Below, piece by piece: positions 60,493 to 64,000 of a DNA stretch of 64,000 nt. The stretch is from contig LCMB01000001.1 of NCBI GenBank assembly GCA_001002415.1, positions 33,999 to 97,998 on the forward strand. Direction: 5' to 3'. The notes under the pieces were generated by a model, which had not been told where the DNA came from, searched no databases, and saw only the letters and a program-made list of their open reading frames with translations. The translations under genes and the position numbers were made by a program. Positions within the stretch are counted from its first letter, which is position 1, and every line of letters begins with the position of its first letter. This DNA is from Microgenomates group bacterium GW2011_GWF2_46_18. GTDB taxonomy: Bacteria; Patescibacteriota; Microgenomatia; UBA1400; UBA12108.

Positions 60493-61224
60493 TTAACTCC
60501 AAGAAGCGGAGATTTCATCTAATAAATTGCTCATATGTCTAAGCATGGGCATAACGTAGGGATAGTTGAGACGGGCGGGACCAATCACTCCTAAGTGGCC
60601 GTTGATATTGCCAGCACGGAAATCAAGATAGGCCATGGCACAAGGGTAGAGGAACTCATTACCAAATTCGTCACCCAGAATAATATGGAGGGGTTGAGTG
60701 TCTAAAACCCGGCCAAAAATTGCTTCGAGCGCGGCATGGCTCTCGATGATAGAGAGAACTTGGCGGGTAACGTCAATGTCAAAAAATTCGGGAAGGGTTA
60801 AGAGGTTGGCGTAACCAGCTGAGTAGACGGCTCCGTCGCTCGTTGTGGCAAAGCCAATGTTGTTGGTTTTTTCGGAGAGAACGTGAGTGGCTTCACGCAA
60901 GAGAGTATCAATTTTTTGACGGTGATCCCAGATCCGCTCTTTGACCGAAACTTCTTCGGTTACGGGAAGCGTATCTTCTTTCATGAGTTCGGAGATATAG
61001 AGTTTGAGGGCCACGGGAGTTGGGACGCGGCCAGCAGAGGTGTGGGGTTGCTTGAGGTAACCCAAATCTTCAAGCCTCACCATTTCGTTTCTGATGGTGG
61101 CCGGAGAGATACCAAGGTTGTATTTTTTATCGAGAGTGTCACTCCCGACAGCTTCGCCAGTAGTCGTATATTCCTCGACAATGGCTTTGATAATACTGAT
61201 TTGGCGGGGTGATAAAGGTTTCAT
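60493..61224 (-). CDS. hrcA: Heat-inducible repressor HrcA (compact)
   Basis: SPATIRNEM..LE..GYL.QPHTSAGRVPT, GVIGP.R.NY; start moved to 61224. Confidence 0.96.
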   Translation of the reverse strand: MKPLSPRQISIIKAIVEEYTTTGEAVGSDTLDKKYNLGISPATIRNEMVRLEDLGYLKQPHTSAGRVPTPVALKLYISELMKEDTLPVTEEVSVKERIWDHRQKIDTLLREATHVLSEKTNNIGFATTSDGAVYSAGYANLLTLPEFFDIDVTRQVLSIIESHAALEAIFGRVLDTQPLHIILGDEFGNEFLYPCAMAYLDFRAGNINGHLGVIGPARLNYPYVMPMLRHMSNLLDEISASWS

Positions 61225-61260
61225 TAGCACTATAATAGCGAGAGTGCTAGGTCGTGTCAA
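61224..61260 (-). promoter_or_regulatory. CIRCE operator overlapping a leaderless sigma70 promoter of hrcA
   Basis: Plus strand TTAGCACTA-N9-GAGTGCTAG (61224-61250); minus strand TTGACA-17-TATTAT-7-ATG. Confidence 0.9.
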
Positions 61261-61264
61261 GAGG

Positions 61265-63046
61265 CTAAATTTTAAGGATGGCGGTAAAGGCAGCTTGGGG
61301 GACTTCGACATTACCCAGCATTTTCATCTTCTTTTTCCCCTTCTTTTGTTTTTCGAGCAGTTTGCGATTGCGAGTCATATCACCACCATGAAGTTTGGCA
61401 GTTACATCTTTGCGAAAAGCCCGAATGGTGGCACGAGCGATGATTTTTCCACCAATGGCGGCTTGAATAGCCACTTCAATCAGAGAACGGGGAATCGCAT
61501 CTTTAAGTTTTTCGACTAGGACTCTTCCCCTCCCCTCGGCAGAAAAACGAGGAGAAACAAAAGAGAGAGCGCCGGCTTCTTCACCGTTTAAGAGAATATC
61601 GACTTTGACGGCGTCGACTACTTGATAACCGCCGTGATCATACTGGACGCTGGCGTAGCCGGAACTAACTGATTTGAGGCGATCATAAAAATCGGTAATA
61701 AGTTCGGATAAGGGCATTAGGTAGTTGAGACGAACACGACCTCCCAAATACTCTAGATCAATAAACTCGGCTCGCTTGCCCTGACAAAGTTCCATGATCC
61801 CCCCAACATATGGTTCGGGGGTAAAGACAGTTAGAGTCACAACTGGTTCTTCGATATGATCAATGACTTCAGGACGCGGCCAATCAGAAGGAGAAGAAAC
61901 TTCGAGGTGATCGCCATTTTTGAGAGTCATTTGATAGGGAACGGAGGGAGAGGTATTGACAACCTGGACTTCAAATTCGCGGGAAAGACGTTCGGTTACA
62001 ATCTCGGCGTGCAAAATGCCGAGAAAACCCACGCGGAAACCATGTCCTAGGGCGGGGCTGGCGGCAGCATGGTAGGAAAGAGCGGCGTCATTGAGGGCAA
62101 GTTTGCCTAGAGCGTCAACAAGATTACGATAATTACCAGCGTCAATCGGGTACAGATCCATGAAAACCATGGGCTGGGGACGTTGATAACCAGCGATGGG
62201 AGTGATGTTTGCTCCAACGACAGTAAGGGTGTCACCAATGGTAATAGCGCGAATGTCTTTGTGACCGGTGGCGATATAACCGACTTCGCCTACCCCGAGG
62301 TGATCAACGGAGTGCATGTCGGGAGCAAAATAGCCAATTTCTAGAGGGGATAATTTCTCACGAGTAGCAAAGAGGTAAAGTTGGTCACGATTGTTCGGGT
62401 TGATGTCGCCTTCGAAAATTTTGACAAAGGCAATAACACCTTTGTGCTGGTCAAAAATTGAATTAAAGACTAGTGCGCGCAATGATGTATGGTTCGGAAC
62501 TGAAGGGGACGGAATGCGCGTGACAATGGCATCCAAGAGTTCGGTTACACCGGCACCTGATTTGGCGGAGCCAAAAATAATTTCTTCGGCCTTAAAGCCG
62601 AGAGTGTCGATCAGCTCTTGTGCCAACCGTTCTGGTTCGGCGGCGGCCATATCAATTTTGTTAATGAAGGGAATGATGGTTAGGCCAGCACTAATGGCTT
62701 TGTCATAGTTGGCAAGAGTCTGTGCTTGAATACCTTTGGTAGCATCAACTACCAAGACGGCTCCTTCACACGCGTGAAGGGCACGACTAACTTCGTAACT
62801 AAAGTCGACGTGACCGGGAGTATCAATGAGATTGAGCTGATAATTGATATTTGCGAGCTGATAATGCATGCGGACGGGGGCGAGCTTGATGGTAATTCCC
62901 CTTTCCTGTTCGATGGGATTACTATCCAATCGCCGCGCAGTTCCACCCATGGGAATGGTATGAGTAACCTCGAGCAAACGATCGGTGAGGGTAGTTTTGC
63001 CGTGATCAATATGAGCAATAATCGAAAAATTGCGAATGTTAGACAT
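61265..63046 (-). CDS. lepA: Elongation factor 4 (LepA)
   Basis: IRNFSIIAHIDHGK, GFLG.LH, RKDVTAK..GGD..R..KLLEKQK.GK. Confidence 0.98.
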   Translation of the reverse strand: MSNIRNFSIIAHIDHGKTTLTDRLLEVTHTIPMGGTARRLDSNPIEQERGITIKLAPVRMHYQLANINYQLNLIDTPGHVDFSYEVSRALHACEGAVLVVDATKGIQAQTLANYDKAISAGLTIIPFINKIDMAAAEPERLAQELIDTLGFKAEEIIFGSAKSGAGVTELLDAIVTRIPSPSVPNHTSLRALVFNSIFDQHKGVIAFVKIFEGDINPNNRDQLYLFATREKLSPLEIGYFAPDMHSVDHLGVGEVGYIATGHKDIRAITIGDTLTVVGANITPIAGYQRPQPMVFMDLYPIDAGNYRNLVDALGKLALNDAALSYHAAASPALGHGFRVGFLGILHAEIVTERLSREFEVQVVNTSPSVPYQMTLKNGDHLEVSSPSDWPRPEVIDHIEEPVVTLTVFTPEPYVGGIMELCQGKRAEFIDLEYLGGRVRLNYLMPLSELITDFYDRLKSVSSGYASVQYDHGGYQVVDAVKVDILLNGEEAGALSFVSPRFSAEGRGRVLVEKLKDAIPRSLIEVAIQAAIGGKIIARATIRAFRKDVTAKLHGGDMTRNRKLLEKQKKGKKKMKMLGNVEVPQAAFTAILKI

Positions 63047-63056
63047 GATCCGCATT

Positions 63057-64000
63057 TTACACTGAGCTCTCGGAGGTATCGAGCGTTTCTTTGGATTGAC
63101 CCAGCGCTTTTTGCCAGTTACCGATTTTCTCAATAAGGTGAAGGAAGACGCCTAATTCGCGAATATTAAAGAGATAAGAAAGGGTTAAGTAGACGGCAGT
63201 GCCGATTAAAGTAACGGAGAGAGTCAACATAATGAGGGGAATGGTGCGAGTAGTATCAAAAATCATTTGATCTAAGATTCGGAGCGGGGCCCAGAGGGCA
63301 AGAGCGGTTAGAGCAGAGGCAAACAAGATTTTGCCCAAGGGAAAAAGAATGTGAACAAGGGCAAATTGAGCCAAGCTGTAAAGAATCAGAACTAAGACAA
63401 TCGTTTCGATCAGCGAGGCAATGGAGATGGCAGCGGCCATCCCCAAAACACTGGATTTGAGAACAAACAAAAAATAGTAACTCAAGCTCACATTAGTAAC
63501 GGTCGAGATGGTGTTGATAATGAGGGGGGTGCGAGTATCGTGCATAGCATAAAAAACACGGACAAGAACGTGGGTTAGGGAGCGAGCGGCAATGGAAATC
63601 GCTAAGATGGCTACCAGTTTGCCAGTTAAGACGGTTTCACTCCAGGGGAATGAGTCAGCTCCGTAGGCTAACCGAACTAAGGGGACGCGTAAGATGAGGA
63701 TAATTACGGAAGCAGGAAGGGCGAGATAGAGCATTTCTAAAATAGTATTGTTCACCATCGAAGCGAGATCTTTGAGATTGTTGCCATGAGTAACTTTGGC
63801 GAAAAATGGCAAAGAAGCTTGGCCGATCGGAATTCCAATCAAGCGAACAGGAAGATTGGCTAATTGTTGAGCGAGGGAGATTAAAGTGACGGTCCCGGAA
63901 GAAAGCCAGGTGGAGAAAGTAATAATCATTGTTGCTTCAATTTGAGTTAGGGAAAGAGTAAGCATCCGCGGCAACATCAAGCGAGACATTTCGGAAACGG
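63057..64000 (-). CDS. murJ: Lipid II flippase MurJ/MviN (5'-truncated by the window edge)
   Basis: LP..LIG, R.FYA..DT.TP, multiple TMs; frame open to the window end. Confidence 0.9.
   Translation of the reverse strand, partial: VSEMSRLMLPRMLTLSLTQIEATMIITFSTWLSSGTVTLISLAQQLANLPVRLIGIPIGQASLPFFAKVTHGNNLKDLASMVNNTILEMLYLALPASVIILILRVPLVRLAYGADSFPWSETVLTGKLVAILAISIAARSLTHVLVRVFYAMHDTRTPLIINTISTVTNVSLSYYFLFVLKSSVLGMAAAISIASLIETIVLVLILYSLAQFALVHILFPLGKILFASALTALALWAPLRILDQMIFDTTRTIPLIMLTLSVTLIGTAVYLTLSYLFNIRELGVFLHLIEKIGNWQKALGQSKETLDTSESSV

Noticed and set aside
1578..63136. Numerous plus-strand and alternate-frame ORFs of 60-230 aa (e.g. 45524-46210, 28414-29001, 34900-35433, 15151-15699)
   Set aside because: They lie within conserved genes as antisense or frame shadows and show no protein motifs

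Overview
Gene-dense bacterial chromosome segment (TGA used as stop, so code 11). It is best read as a Patescibacteria/CPR genome, probably Microgenomates; this is an inference from the absence of rpmD in the spc operon, minimal AlaRS and IF2, a degenerate DHH protein and a protease-less Lon. All recognisable genes except tgt lie on the minus strand. In transcription order (right to left): murJ (partial), lepA, hrcA-grpE-dnaK-[C39-like peptidase, ATP-grasp ligase]-dnaJ, three surface proteins, nusA-infB-DHH-like, a LamG/CBM surface protein, rpsO-pnp, Lon-like AAA+, a frameshifted PsbP-like surface protein, ung-rnj-ftsK-rodZ-like-DUF948-YtxH, alaS, an FtsA-like/baseplate-J-like fusion, sortase, ruvX, a Zn-ribbon protein, mltG, rpoBC, rpsL-rpsG-[orphan, inverted tgt]-fusA-tuf, the S10-spc-alpha ribosomal cluster, rplM-rpsI, and recA-[membrane protein]-recX. 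I saw no rRNA, tRNA, CRISPR array or transposase. Most notable: (1) a peptidase plus atypical ATP-grasp ligase pair inside the dnaK operon; (2) a mosaic surface-protein gene with AT-rich blocks between host-like junction sequences; (3) a TGT with an unusual base pocket, inverted within the str operon; (4) an L3 lacking about 60 internal residues; (5) a pseudo-symmetric membrane protein between recA and recX; (6) recurrent leaderless promoters; (7) a strand skew that puts the ribosomal cluster on the C-rich strand. All calls were made by eye, without database searches.
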